64,000 nt of DNA from Eledone cirrhosa (lineage: Eukaryota), in NCBI GenBank assembly GCA_964016885.1, contig OZ024745.1, positions 58,218,001 through 58,282,000 of the forward strand, written 5' to 3'. Shown here in pieces: positions 1 through 15,511 of this stretch. The notes beneath the pieces are model-generated. The model had not been told where the DNA came from. It did no database searches and was given only the letters and a program-made list of their open reading frames with translations. The position numbers were made by a program, and so were the translations under genes. Within the stretch, counting starts at the first letter, position 1. Every line of letters starts with the position of its first letter.

Positions 1-463
1 AAGTACACTAAGACTAACTGATGTAATCGTTGGCCTTGTTTGTTTATATTTTGTTTTTGTGTATGCAAAAATATCTGTCAGCGATGCATGTGATTATGTA
101 ATCGCCAGACTGCTGTTTACATGCTTAAATTATCATATGTATGTTGTTTCTGTATGTATACACTTTTGCAGGGAGGCGGCAACGATGCCGGGGGCTGCAC
201 GCAGTAGGTAGTACCTTGCTGCTTTGGTGCACTTTCCAGTGATGTTCACTAACTGAGGCACATTGTTTTCCACACTCCTTGCAAACAGAAATGACATACA
301 ATGCACAATTGACAGGGTCCTTCTGATGTGGCTTCTTGGATGACTTCTAAGGCGTGCCTTACTTAGACATAACCGACCACATTTTTACAAGTTAAATCGG
401 CCTGCATACTAAGATATTCAAGTATATGTATATGTAAGCAGATACACACGCACATACAAACAC

Positions 464-494
<31 letters not shown>

Positions 495-2304
495 GTGTGT
501 GTGTGTACACCTCCATACACATATATATATGTGTGTGTGTGGGCATGCATATATGAATTCAATATTTTTTCTCCGTTTGCGTGTGCGTATGCATGCATAA
601 TGAAGGAAGTTAAAGTTTGGGGACACTAACATTATTGCTATATTTTCAATATTGAAAAGATAGCTTTAATCTTTCTTCCAAATTGTTTTTTGTATGTAAA
701 ACAAAAAGAAAAACAGTTCTCTTTGAAAATCTCGTTTCATGTTGTCAACATCTCTTTTCTAAAGAACTTCCAAAGCAATTATATGAGTTTTCACGCGATT
801 CTTTTTGATTTTGTATTCGATTGGAATGCGATTAAATATAATGAGAGAGTAGGTGACCTACAACGTAATAATGTATCGATTTAGTTTGCCTACGTACAAG
901 GTCATTCTTTGTTGTGGAATCATAATATTGTGTAGATCGATATTAATTTATTGTTGCAAATTGTGATTTTTTTTTTCAAATCAGAGAAACTTCGACATAT
1001 AGCAGTGAAGTAAAATGAAATACATAAAGAACCAAATCACGTCATGAACTTTTGATTATCAGCACCACGCTAGCAGTAAATTTTTTTAATGTTATTTAGC
1101 CACGCCGTTCCAACCATGACCATTCCCTTATATTTTCAAATATATTGTATATTCTTTTAAGCTTTATTTTCATCAATATTACACTTCGTATCGGGCCGTC
1201 CTTTCGTGATTACAGTAGCATGTCAATTTTTCTATGGGAATATGTCGCAAGACCCTCCTTCAACCCCAGCCCATTTCTGGAGAAAGATGTCATTTCCCAT
1301 GATTCTTCTCACGGCGCATCGTAGCCGTATCTGACAAGGAGAAAGAGTGAGACAGAATAACAGCCAACATTTTGAACTGGTATTTTAAACATCAACATTT
1401 GAAGCTTGGATGACAAATTTGATCTTCGCATGAACAACAGCTAGGACAAACTCTGTCTGATACATTACTGACTCAGCTGATTGATTCACCATTTTCATTA
1501 ATGTATCTATACCTATATTATTAGGTGTGTCTTCCTTTATTATAAGAAGCTATGAGTGAAATTTGAGTGATATTTCGTTGCTTGTTCTAGCAGTATTAGA
1601 GAGAGGCTTCTCCGTTTGCTCCGAAGATATGTAGATATGGGAGTATGTACCAGTATCTGCGGGATTACGAAGTATTGGTAGAAAAATGAATACTCATATA
1701 CGATTTTGAATCAAAAGAACCAAATGTCCTATATTAGTAAATCTAAATAAATTGTTAAACTGGTAAAAAACAAAATAAGAAGCAACTATATTATTAGATC
1801 TTTGCCGGTATTTACGAGGAATACTAAAATTGCTTTCTCCATTACTGTATATAAATTTCGGAGAAAATTTCCAGTGTCGACTACAAATTTGGGTTAATGT
1901 ATTTTAAATATGAAAATTCTTTACAACTTATCATTATTTCACGATACGCCATCAATCAAAAGCACTATTTGAAAATTACGATTTGCAAATTTAAAACGTG
2001 TTCCAAAATAGACTAATGGCAATAGTGTGTCATTTGATACATCGAAGAAGAATCGAATGCTCATTTTAGTTCATTTTTAATGTTATTAAAATAATGAAGT
2101 AAAATACATTTAACACATTTTCAGAATATGTAATGTTTAGGAAGAAACGAGCACATGAAGGTAAAGTCCAAGTTGACTATTCAAACTTCGTTACAGAGAA
2201 TCAGTTCTAGTGCCATGTTTGTCAGAAAATTTGCAAATCAGGTGGTCGGTTGAAGCGACATCTGAACTTACACAATAAGCAAACCCAAAGTGGAAACTTG
2301 AACG

Positions 2305-2348
<44 letters not shown>

Positions 2349-2432
2349 AGGTATTCCGGGTTGAATCGGAGGTAACCACAGTAAGTAAGGTAATCAATAC
2401 ATAGCAGAGTATAAAAGTTTTAATATAGATGA

Positions 2433-2482
2433 GATTCTACAGGACTAGAAGTGTTTCATTCTTGAGAAATCATCAGGAATAT
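2433..2482 (-). ncRNA. Putative type-I hammerhead ribozyme in a short element flanked by (TA)n
   Basis: Minus strand reads attc-CTGATGA-t ttc tcaa gaa t-GAAA-ca cttctagtcc tg-TA-gaat. Canonical core, stem I attc/gaat, short stems II and III. Confidence 0.6.
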
Positions 2483-2934
2483 GTATATATATGTGTGTGT
2501 GTGTGTATATATACATATATATATCACATACATATATATAAATAAATATGTATATATGGAGAGAGAGAATGAGTGGAAGATAGAGTGATAGAGAGAATGA
2601 GTGAGGGAGAGAGGGTGAATGTTGTACCCAATTTTTAAAATAAACCCTCAAAATGACAATTGACAATATGGATAGACACGTTTCGCATGATAACCAAACA
2701 GTATTGTCGGGGTTGACATAATAAATGTAATGCCGAGAAATTGTAATTAATTAGACTAACACCCATGCTGAGAGGAAATAATCATTCACTTAATAAACAA
2801 TTCTGATTTACGTGACTATAATTGATCATTAAGCTAATGACTATGTCTTCTCAATATGAATGTACGCTTATTTAATTAAAATTTCTCGATTCATTACATT
2901 AAATATGGATGTAGTGACGTTTTCATAAGTTTAG

Positions 2935-3390
2935 TTTGATACACAAGTGAGGGTTAAATAGATTTGCTGTGAGCAGAACGTTGTTCTGGTGATGGAGGAA
3001 TCAACTGCTAATACTATAGCAGAGTAGGTTTTAGATATATTTATCTCCATCGACTTTCCGCCCTCTCTATTGCTACTCTCAAAATTAGGTTATCTCTGTA
3101 ATTGTTGGAAAATCTATATTGGGACAGGTAGACTTGTTGGCTGCGACAGTGAATAGGGTATTGGACTCCACGGCTTGTAAATAGATGCCACAATTGACAA
3201 GCTTGTAATGTTGACTTCAACAGTTTCTATGGATATAGGTTGAGAGTACATTTGGTTAATATAACCTCTACATAAACTACATGAAGATTGAGACTTCATA
3301 CTTCATACTTACCATTCAATGGATTTAAACAGAGTCACACACCAATTAAATCGACATCCCATATACATTTTATCAGCCACAGATTTATGT
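2935..3390 (-). pseudogene. Heavily decayed APE-endonuclease fragment of a non-LTR retrotransposon (possibly Ingi/Vingi-like)
   Basis: Across frameshifts the minus strand gives YGMS..KYEVSIFM..IETVEVNITSLSIVASIYKP..IDF..NPHLCI. This parallels the APE motif order PGM..KYGSAIFV..SVYKPP..GDFN..NPDL. Confidence 0.4.
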
Positions 3391-3917
3391 AAGTTTAGAG
3401 CTGATAGTTATAACTATAGATATGTAGTTATATATTTAAAAATAATTTAGGTCAGCGCCACACTATTTTATCCACCCCACCAAATAGGAAGCATCAGCGT
3501 AGCTGCCCAATCTGCAAGATATAGTAACAGAATTTCTCTCACATTACATCCAACTGCCGTAAGGAAATGGACACGTTCAATAACATAAGTCAACAGAACA
3601 TCAAAAACATGTTGGACTCAAGTGAAATGCCTTCATTTTATTGGTCTGTCTTCGGTGACCAGGAGCAAAAAAAAGCAACCAGAGCAAAATCAACAACTCC
3701 ACTTCCCGTTTGGTTTTGATTGTATCAAAGACAAAATAACGAGCCCATGGAACCAAAGATGGGTGGCAGAAAAATTAGGGACCTCACTAACACCAGTTAT
3801 CCAAAGAAAGGAATTTACGTAACTACACCTTATTTCTTCTAACTCAGAAAGTAAACCAATGAGAAAAACCTTTATCTGGTCATTCGATGTACTAGAAATA
3901 ATATCTAAATCGCTTCC

Positions 3918-3979
3918 AATTACAATTATATTGAAATTATATTACAATTATATTGAAATTATATTACAATTATATTGAA
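3918..3979. repeat. ~22-bp minisatellite, about 3 copies
   Basis: attacaattatattgaaattat repeated in tandem. Confidence 0.85.
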
Positions 3980-4527
3980 AAAAGAATATTATTAAATAAT
4001 TGACCATAAAGTGCTCTGTGATTAGAAGAAAATATAGGATGGTCATGAGCGGCATGCCTTTAATATTATGTCTATTCGATTACAGTTGAAGTGGTTTTAA
4101 ACAATATTAAAGTTATCTTGTACTGAGGCTACATAATGAAATCTAACATTTCGTATAGATAACCTAAAAGTAGATTTAATGTATAACGATATCATGCCCT
4201 CCCACAACAGGTGCCGCATGACAGCTGACACGGCTACAAAGTATCTGGAATGAGGGAGAATGGTGTATAGAGGGGAAGACATTTTAATATAGTATATAAG
4301 CCATACTACGTAGCAATTTACACAGAGATATGTGTGTTAAAACAGAATATCATATTCAGAGGTATTTAGTGTCAAAGAATAATGTGTAAATGTATCTTCT
4401 GTTTTTTGTTTCACTTTTCGTATTTATTTATAAATGTTGGTGTATATATATAGGTATGTGTGCGTGTTCGTGTGCGTTCTTATCTTATATTTGTACACAT
4501 ATATACGTATATATGAGTGTATATAAC

Positions 4528-4564
<37 letters not shown>

Positions 4565-4640
4565 AGACATATAGAGATATACATATATACACTCACACGC
4601 ACTCATATATATATATATATATACACATATATCATATTTA

Positions 4641-4686
<46 letters not shown>

Positions 4687-5240
4687 TACATATATGCATA
4701 TATATATATGCATACATATATACATACAAGCACATTATATATATATATATATATATATAAGCTAAAAAGTATGTTGTTGATGTTGGCCAGATGCAAACAT
4801 CATTTCGAGCAATTGAAAGAATATGTTCAAGAAAACATTGAACGTTTAATGACCTTGTCGAATGACATTTATAACATTTAAAATAAAGTAAAAAATCCTT
4901 TTCCTTCTTCTTCCTCACCAGCTCAGCTTCCTTTACTATTTGGCATTTTGACAATACTATGCTATAGTCTTTTGTTTGTTTGTAATTTTTCATGCACAAT
5001 CAGAATTTCGCCACTTGTTTAGAAATGCTTTAGTGCCTACCTACAGCTACTTACATAAAAGACACATGTGGTCTAGCCCCGGGGAAGTGATTCCTCTCAA
5101 TCTCTCTCACTCTCTCTCTCTCTCTCACTCTCTCTCTCTCTGCTTCTCTCTCCCTATCTATCTATCTCTCTCCCTCTCTCTCTCTCTATTTTTCTCTCTC
5201 TCTGCCTCTCCCATTAATACACACTCACACACACACAAAA

Positions 5241-5278
<38 letters not shown>

Positions 5279-5350
5279 TTAATTCTTTTACTGATTTTGA
5301 TCATTAGACTGCGGCCATGCTGGAACAGTACCGTATATATATATGCATGG

Positions 5351-5395
<45 letters not shown>

Positions 5396-6051
5396 CTTTT
5401 ACTGTAAATTTCCATTCTTAAGTGAACAATTGAATACCAAGATACTGTAAAACGACAGCTGTAAAAATAATACAAATAACGTATGGTTCAAATAGAAACA
5501 TTTATCTTAATCTTAAAATACATATTGTGACAAGTTCCAATAGTTATATTGAATTTTGACTGCTCGAAATATTACGCTGTCTATTTAAGAATTTACAATG
5601 TCTAATAACTTGAAATATTGCAAACTAACGAGAACCTCTTCTCAGTCGCTCAGTCGGCTAGAAATGATAAATAAATTTCATTAAAACTACACCCTGGTGT
5701 TTCAGAAATTGATAGACGTATGAAAATATATGTGTAATACATTGTTTTGGCTCATTTTGTTTTGAAGTGAGACAAAAGAAATAGCTTGAAATGTTTGGGC
5801 ATAGGTTTTAAAATATAGCAATAATCCTGAACATGATGCGTGTTTGCGTTAATAATTGCATGTCATAATTGAAATAAAGGTTTGGACACTTTAAACTAAC
5901 TCTTCTCTGTTTATTCGTCTTTTTCTGCTCTGAGTTTAAATCCCACCGAGGTCAAGTAAGTTTTCGATGGTTCATGGTTGATAAAATAATGTACTAGTTC
6001 AGGTCGTTATTTCTCATTCTCTATCTCTCCGACTCTCTTTCTGTCTTTCTA

Positions 6052-6092
<41 letters not shown>

Positions 6093-7695
6093 ATATGTGT
6101 GTATTAGCCGTTCAAAGAATCGTAGAATGCCACTTACATTGTCCCTTACTTCAGAAGTTTAGAAGGTACAAGAGAAGAGCTAGCATCCTTTTCCCACAGA
6201 AAACCTGGAATGCAGCTAGAAAAGATAGTTACAATAAGAAACAGACATCATGCATCATAGAGACACTATAATTGTTTATGCTTTTAATATAAACTAAATC
6301 GATTTCAGATATAGCTGTGTCAGTAATATAATAATAAGAAAACTCAGAAAGACCAATGAGGCAGGAGAATGTAATTGCAGGACAAAGGTGACATGTCCGC
6401 GTAATGAGAAAAGGATTCTGAAGAAGCAACGTTGTCACATTCAAACTTCCAAACGATTCTATATTTACACTTACGAGTAAATCATTTCAGGCATTTAATT
6501 CACTGATACTCCCATCTTTATTTCAGCATGTACACATGAACCCCTTAATATCGAAACAACCCTTGTATTTGCCAAAATAATCAAAATAAAATTGATCAAT
6601 GATTTTTTTGTTATCATCGCATTATTATTTATTGCAGGACCTTTAATGCATAGCGCATGGATATGTTAACTCTAACTTGAATTTTTTTCTTATAACATAA
6701 ATGACATAAATGAAACGAACTGGTTTCATGGTGAAAATATTTTATCGTTTACTCAGTAACTTGGCAGCCGCCTCAGAAATTCTAAATGACATTACAGTAT
6801 TTCAGTACATGTAGTGTAAAGCATTAAAACTACTAGCCAATATGACAAGCCATATCTTTTGATGTTTATATATTATTACTACCATATAGTTTCGTAGGGA
6901 TAAACCTTATTAGCTAAAAACTTGCTGGAATTTACTTACTTGGCTGTTACCTTCGGCGTCTTGATTAACATGTAGAAAAGAGAAACAAAACTAGCAAATA
7001 CGAAAGGAAACATTAAGATTCTAAATTAATCTATTATACTAAACATTATATATAGAATTTATGGTTCTGTCTGGAAAGCTAAACCTGAAATACATTTATT
7101 CCTTGAAACATATTATATGGAGAATATATTAAATATAGTAAACCATAATGAGGGAAACACAAAGTCTGAAAGCTAAGAACATTAATTTATCACGTTATTT
7201 CATTTCTAAACGATTTATATGAGCTAATCCTACTGTAAAATATTTGGCTTATATATATTTTTTTTTTTTTTGCCGTATGTTTATTTTTTTGTTATTTGTC
7301 TTAGGAAAAATCATAGTAAAAACCATTTTCCAACAGTCAGAGGATTTCGGATTTATCGGTCCAACAAAAAATGGAGTGTCTGAAAGAAGACAAGGAGGAA
7401 TCTGTTTTGTTTTTGTTAATCCATCATGAAGACATGAAGACATAGTGATTCTTAACTAAAAAGATTCTGACAATAAATTCTGAAGAATGTTGGGTAAATA
7501 ATACGATTAGAAGTTATAGTAAATAAAATTTTAAATAATCCATATATAAACCAGATGAAGAATATATATATCCTCGTGTCCCTCGCTTTCTCTCTTATTA
7601 TATTCTCCTGGTCTCTGTGTCCTCCACCCTTTCCCTCACTCTCACTTTCTTTACACACACACACATAATATGTGCGTGTGTATAATGTATATGTA

Positions 7696-7821
<126 letters not shown>

Positions 7822-8403
7822 GTATGTACACACACACACACATATATATACATATATATATATATATACATATATAAATATATATATATGTACATATATA
7901 TATATATATATACATTTATATACATGCATCTGTAAATATATGAGTGTGTGTGTCTGTCTGACTGTGTATACTTGTATGTGACTCTCTATGTGCATACTTC
8001 TATGTGCATGTGTGTGTGTACATGTGTGAGTGATATAAGTATTATTCGTATAAGTAATAGCTTAATTTGTTAGATTATTTCTCTAACTTCTTGGTAAATG
8101 AAAGTGATTAAGTGGAAGAAAATCTCTTAAGAGGTTTCAGACAGTAATCCGCAATATTCCTGATAGATTTCTTTTTGCGTTTTCGTAAAGAATTTATGAA
8201 GTGCTAAAAAACTAATGTGAAACCTAATCAAATATAGATATCGAGGACGGGGATGGAGTTAACCTCTTGATTATTGGCTTAGAAACGTTTCACCAATACT
8301 GGTTTCTTTTGATAATGTGCAGCGCCTTATATTTTTGTTGAGCGAAGGATGTATTGTGTTGTGATATTTATGTATTTCCCAAAATACAGTTGTGTAAAGT
8401 GAA

Positions 8404-8593
8404 ATAACTGTTTCTACTTTAGGCACAAGGCCAGCAATTACCCAGTGCATTACTGGTACTTTATTTTATCGACCCCGTAAGGATGAAAGGCAAAGTCAAC
8501 CTCGGCGGGATTTGAACTCAGATCGTAAAGGGACGTAACTATGCTGGAAAGCATTGTGTCTGACCCTCTACCGATACTGCCAATCCACCGCCC
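8404..8593 (-). mobile_element. tRNA-derived SINE, family A (full length)
   Basis: Sense strand has A-box-like TGGCAGTATCGG, B-box GAGTTCAAATCC and central GCCTTTCATCCTTACGGGGTCGATAAAATAAAGTACCAG. More than 10 near-identical copies in the window. Confidence 0.9.
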
Positions 8594-8627
8594 TGTGAAA
8601 TAACATTCTTTAGTTTTGTTTTGCTCA

Positions 8628-8662
<35 letters not shown>

Positions 8663-11161
8663 TGTGTGTGTGTGCGTGTGCGTGTGTGTGTGTGTGTGTA
8701 TGTGTGTGTGTATGTGTGGGTGTGTGTGTGTGAGTGTGTGTGTGTGTGTGTGTTATATGGGACTCATTTGAGGAGTACATTTTTCTGTATTATTCTTGTG
8801 CTATGTAAAGCTTTGAACAATATTGAAGAAAAACAAAATCCATTCAATATATATTAATATTCATACGGAAAAGATATTATACACCACCAACAACAACAAC
8901 CACAAGAAACACCAAAAATAGTAACAATACAAGAAAGAATAACAAAGAATAAATTAATATGTCAGAATGGAATAATAAATGTTATTCTTTTCTATGTTTT
9001 ATATATTTTAACTGAAATAAATATCTTCCTATGTTATTATTTTTTGTCTCTTATTTTGGATGTTTGTTTCTTTGTTTATTTGCTGTTCTTTGATTATTTG
9101 TTGTTCTTGATTAATCGGAACATTCATACAAAGCTGTGGATTAAATCCAAATATTACATTAGAGAAAAATCTCTAAACTAATTTTGAAACTATACAAAAG
9201 CTGGGAGAGCTGAGCTGTGTATAATATGTATGAAATTGTTGAATCGAATGTCATCTGCATTTCTTCATATATATAAGAATACAGCTAGTCACACATTCAA
9301 TAAGGTTTCCCTTTCGAACTGAAGCTAATTCCTTTTGTTTATATAGATAACAACATTAGGAAAATTGAAATGTCACAACACGTTAATTATATTTCTATAT
9401 TAACAGAAACGCGTGATAATAACCTATGCCCCGATGAAACATTTTCGATAAATGACATTTATTTTGTCCTCATAATTTGTAGTCTTGTGCATATCTTTAT
9501 TCCAGCTCTTTGCATACTGGGCTCAACTCTCGCCGAAAACAACGTTTTCTTTTAGTTTTCCATAGAGCATAAATAAAGTAGAAAATCTTATAAATTTTTT
9601 CCAGCTCCTTATGTTTTGATTTCAAATCCTGGCTATGTCAAATTCGCTTTTTATCTTTTCATGGTAAAATAAATAAAGTATCAATCCGTAACAGACGAGA
9701 TGAGGGATGGTTAAACGAGATGATTTGTGGTTTCTAATTCAGCTCTTTTCCTTCTGACAATAACTTTTGCATCTGTCGCTACCTGGGGGGGGGGGGGGGG
9801 TCAATAACGTGACTTAGAAAGTTAACGGGCACATACATGGACAACAGCTGGTCTTCCAGAAAACGAACATTGCCAATACATGCGTCTTGCTGAGGAAATT
9901 TATAAGTTCAGACCCATCATTTCAGAAGACATAGGAAGGCCCCAGTGTAATGTTAAAATGCTCCATCTCACGTAATATCTTATGATCTGATAGTCAACCA
10001 CTGGAAAACGGTTTAATAGTAAAGTATTAAAGAAATTACTTGAATTAATTTCTATTTTTTAAAAAATAGTATGAGATAAGTAAATATCAATAGATAAAAA
10101 TTTGGTAGTATTTAAGTGCATTGATTCTATTTTAGCGTTGGGCGTAGAGCAATAGATTGGTATAAATGAAATCTTTGTTCTGCTGTGTTAATTTCACAGA
10201 AGACTGATTACTGCAAACCTTTTAATAAGTAATAATGATTTATTTTAGTTTACTGAATATAAAATGTGAAACTCGTATAGTAGAGTATGATTTAAAGAAA
10301 TATTTGTCTCCTATTTCAAGCCCGTTGAACAATCACACAGAGGCTCCCATAAATAGTATTGTGTTAGTTGGGTGTGGAGGAGCAGAAAAATAGTATTCAT
10401 TATCTAGGTTAGGCACAACAACCGCCTCTAAAATGCTGTGAAGACCGATTTACTCTATTTTGAAATTTCTGCTGACAACAGAGGATAATGGGAGAAAAAT
10501 GGGTGTCTCAGAGAAGCTATAAAACAATTGTTATAGACGAAAAACTATTTGCCCTTTACAATAGAGTGAATGCTTGATATCCCAAAATAGCAGTCAGATC
10601 TCCCTTAAATCATACCTAACCGTCTCAAAACATAAATGTCGTATGACAGCTATGAATACACTACATTCTAAATAGACATAAGGAAGTCAATGTTGGAACG
10701 TCTTTCATCATAGGCCTGTTCCATCAAGTATGTCTAGAGGATGAACATTAACGAAAATAAAGCAAAATCATGTTTTCAGACTAAAGTCGTAAATATTGGT
10801 GTCTTTATAAAAATGAAAGAGAGGCGGCGGGGAAATATTTACGTCGTCACTAGAAATCGGAGCTTTATCTCTCTCATATCGTACCTCACTGATGAAAAAA
10901 AAAAGGGAAGGATATATTATAATGTACTCTATGCCTAGAAACATAAGTTCAAATGGCCATAGCCTAAACCCATTTGATCATATATCTACTCAGTACGGAT
11001 TTACATGGGGCAAAATAACAAGAGCATGCATTTCAAGACAGGTAGAAGAGGAAGATATAACGTTTGAGCTTTTCTTGGTAAATCATTCGAAATCGCTTCA
11101 GCCAGGATCCGACCTGGCTGAAGCGATTTCTGTTGTTTAAAGCACACTATTATTGGTCTAT

Positions 11162-11349
11162 CGGTGGATTGGCAGTATCGGTAGAGGGTCGGACGCCATG
11201 CTTTCCAGCATAGTTACGTCCCTTTACGATCTGAGTTCAAATCCCGCCGAGGTTGACTTTGCCTTTCATCCTTACGGGGTCGATAAAATAAAGAACCAGT
11301 AATGAACTGGGTAATTGCTGGCCTTGTGCCTAAAGTAGAAACAATTATT
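11162..11349 (+). mobile_element. SINE family A (full length)
   Basis: Near-exact reverse complement of 8404-8593. Confidence 0.9.
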
Positions 11350-12627
11350 GGTCTATTGCTCAAAGTTTATAATATCATATGATATTTATGAATCATTGAC
11401 GTTTCTCTTAACAGTCAATGAGACTAGGTAATGGCTACAATCTTTTCGAAGACTTGTCCATTTAAATTAATAAAAGATTGATATATAAAAGTGGATGTAT
11501 GTACGTGATTTGTTTGAGAGATGTATATGGCTGTACCTATTAGTAATATTTATATATATATATACATGTGTGTGTGTGTGTGGATATGGGAGCGTGCGTG
11601 AGTGATATGTCTCTATATGTATACACTGATATATAGATATACGGAAAAAGTGTTTTGTTTAGTTGTTACTCAAGTACATAAAATATTTTGATCAGAGTCC
11701 ATAAACTAAGTAACGCAATAAAATTGGCAAGGCATCAAAGAAGTAATCAACTGATTAAACTGTCTAGAATGTTTTATATTTATTATTCCTTAATTTACAT
11801 TACAACTTTATTCATGTTTGTTTTTATCTTACCATTAAACAATAAATAAACACATAAATGTAAATCTAAGCAAATAAGTCTATGTATGTTTCATAAATTA
11901 TTTATTCCATTTGTTACACCCTTCCTATCCTTTACCTTGCAATAGCTAGTTTTATTCTTTGCTGTATTTGTCTTTCCCTCTATTAGAGCTTTCAAATGTG
12001 GGTCCTATAGACCACCAGCGTTCTGCAAAATATTCTGGAATTCCATGAGATAGGGTGTCTTTTCATGAACTTTGATGAATATTTATCATGTTTTCTCTTC
12101 GTTGAATCTGAATACACTTTCTATCCAAAATAATCTCTTTTTTTTTTAGTCTATTTAGTCTAATGTCTTATAAATATTAGTGATGTGGTAGTTGTGAATC
12201 CGTGGTATCTAAAAGATTGTATAAAAGTTCTACAAAAATATAAAGTTGAAAATTATTTTGAGCTGTTTTTGGTTGTTGCTACAGATATTGTTTAAGGTTT
12301 GGTCAGGTATTGGTGAGCTTATCGAGGACCAAATATCATCCAGTCATGACGGCTATTTCACGATACATCTTTTGCTATGTCATATTGTTGACTGATTCAA
12401 TACTGAATCTTCTTAATTTGACAAAATCTGCAGTTTCGTGATCCATTGAGGTATAAAGTACAAGCTGGTATGTATTCGATTAAATGATTTAAATTCACCA
12501 ATAAGAATCTGTATACCTAGTGTATTACAGACAAAGCTTTATTCACCATATGTTGTCTGACTATTGACACATAATTCACGTGTGAAATAATGAGAATTGA
12601 TTGCACGTTTTATTCATATATATATAC

Positions 12628-12885
<258 letters not shown>

Positions 12886-12897
12886 ATATATATATAT

Positions 12898-15500
12898 AAA
12901 TTAATAAAAATAATGAATAAAAACAAAGAAACAGTTCCTAATATAAAAAAATTCATCATTTTACGATCGTTTCTAGGATATATATGTGTGTGTTGGTATG
13001 TATATCATATAGATCTATGTAAAGTTTTACAAACTATCAGAGGGAATATACATACCTACACATATATATGCTGTCTTCAGAAATAATGATATTTGTTTAT
13101 TGAAAAAAAAAACCAACAAAGATTTAATATAATAGGTCTGTTTGGGAACAGGTTTTGAATTGACCAATAGAAAGGTAGTAAGTGGTCAAGATGAAGAATA
13201 GTAGTAATAGAAATTTAATTTAGGGGTAGAGGAAAGCCAGACTTCAGTTTTGAATGGAAAGAGTATTTTGAAAGAAAAGATTACTTTGGGGATGAAAATA
13301 GGTCAAGCCGGTGAAAGGTACGCGAAAATTTGATGTTATAAAAGAATAATGTTAATGTTAAATCTAAGGAGAATATGATTTTACGATAAATGTGTTAGTG
13401 AAAAACATCAATCTTATTTAAAACATAAGGAATTTACATCTATAAAAACAAAATAAATTAATTTAATTGATAGGTAAATTTATATTGCTAAATTTATATT
13501 AATTCATATAGATATGATAAATAAGAGTTAGATGTAATTGAAGAATGTTGTTAAAAACGAAGGGAAGAACAAAAAAAAATAATGGGGGGGGGGGATAAAT
13601 GTATTAGTGAGAAATAACAAATTTATATAGATTACAAGGAATATAGATTCATAACCTGAAATTAAAATAGTTTATATGTATACTTATTGATATAAATTTT
13701 AGGAAAAGATAGCTGTAAAAGGGAAATAAAATTATGCAGTTCATTAGTAGTAGAATATTAATTATAGGTTAACTAATTTTTTTTTTCTTTAAATGTTATT
13801 ATAATAATTTGTAAAGTGTATATTAATTAGGTTTATAATATTTAAAAGTTCTTCTAATTTTATGATTACATGATATAATTAATTCTTGTTGCTTATTTAA
13901 TAGGATATCCTTAGATTTCATTATTTCAAAAAGTTCCTGGGAACATAATCTACATTCATATCTATTATTTTGATAAGGGGTGGCCCTTTTGAGCATACTC
14001 CATGTCAGGTTATAATCGATATTCTTTTTTCTATAATTATTAATTATTTCAGCTAAGGATGTTGTATTAGCTAATGCGGCATTTTTAAAACTGTGTTTGT
14101 GGGTATTAAATCTTACTTTAAATTGGTTGAAGTAGCTCCTATATATGAATAAGTTGAGTCCTTAGTGTTAATTTTACATTTATATACTATGTTTTTAATA
14201 AAGCAATTTCCTTTTAATGGGCAATTTGCTTTGTTTCTACAGTTACAACCTTTCGTGAATGTTGTATCAGAGGAGATAGTCAAATTAGGTGTGGAATTTT
14301 CTCGACTTGTTGTATGTGAATGAGATGGTGGTTTGCTGTGGTTTATTTTAGTATTATGGTTAGTTTGATGTATTGGTGGCATATTCATGGTTTTTTTAAC
14401 ATTTATATGCATTATAGGCACTTATATTTTGTTGTATATTTTTGGTTGTTGAGTAGGAGAATTTGACCGTTGATCTATTTAAAATGTGTTGGTATTTATG
14501 GTTTGGCGGGAAGTTTTTCTCTAGAATAGTAAACATTTTTTTAGGTATATTATCTTTAATTTGTAGATTAAATGGAGCATTATACCAAGTAACTCGTCTA
14601 TTACGGCTTCGATGTTGTTTTATATTTTTATACGATGTATCCTGATGTTTACTAAGAGAATTAGTATTAGTGATTTTATTACACATATTTTTAGTTAGAT
14701 TCATTAATTTAGGTGTTTTAGCCTGATTATTAGGAATTTTGTTATTAACATCATATATTGGAATATTAGGATGATTGTTTTTTGAAAGTTATTATATTGT
14801 ATATTAGAAGAGTTAGAGAAATTAAGCTTTAAGTTGGTATTTTTGGGTATAGTGTGAGTGGCATTTAGGTGTGTATATTTCATTTGGTGTTTGTTGGTAA
14901 TATTGGGTTGTATGTTTGTAGTATTATTGGTACAAGGTATATATACTAATTTGTTTTGTGGCCGCTTCTAGCTAAAGCTTCGTTATAAAAGGTCGCATTT
15001 TTATCGAACACATCCTAGTTAGATGAAAGGTTAGAAATTCTGAGTGAGATATTATATGCTAGGTTTTTAAGGATAGATTTAGGGTGATTAGATTGTGAGT
15101 GTATGTAATGTAAGTTTTGGTTAGGTTTATGGTAAGGTTGGTAGATACCCGTAGATAAGTCTAATGTTATATCAAGGAAATTAACTACTTTACTTGTGTT
15201 TTCAAATGTAATATTGAGACTATAATAGTCTTTGAGGAAAGTTCTAATAAGTTTTTTATTTTTTTCAATTTCTGATAGGCTAAGGTTAGTGGAAAGAAGA
15301 AGACAGTTGTCACGATATAAACCACCTTTAAGGTGAGGAAAAGTAGCATTTATGTTAAATAGAAGAAAGAGGCCCACAAAATCGGTAATTTGGGCAGAAT
15401 CACTAGAGCCCATAGTAATGTCGAATAGATTACTATATGTATATCTGGTCCAGTATTCATTTTGAAATTCCAATAGTGATAATATTAATGTCATCCATAG
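12898..15500 (-). mobile_element. Penelope-like retroelement, Naiad/Chlamys-like, 5'-truncated and decayed (RT, thumb, GIY-YIG endonuclease, long 3' region)
   Basis: RT motifs MGSSDSAQITDFVGLFLL, GLYRDN, VNFLDITLDL, YQPYHKPN. Linker RNRRVTWYNAPFN. Endonuclease CNCRNKANCPLKGNC..IVYKC..YIGAT..RFNTHKHSF..WSMLKRATPY..CRLCSQE..LLNKQQELIISCNH, stop near 13823. Frameshifted. Confidence 0.9.
12953..13089 (-). ncRNA. Mirror copy of the long-stem-II hammerhead
   Basis: Reverse complement of 16767-16904 with the core intact. Confidence 0.75.
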
Positions 15501-15511
15501 ATCAAACTTAG

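Noticed and set aside
8404-8593. tRNA genes at A/B-box motifs
   Set aside because: The boxes belong to multi-copy SINE heads and no cloverleaf forms.
13823-14421. Selenocysteine recoding or SECIS, reported for some Naiad PLEs
   Set aside because: The conserved Cys positions in both Naiad fragments are normal Cys codons. I saw no in-frame TGA there, and the break is a TAA/frameshift.
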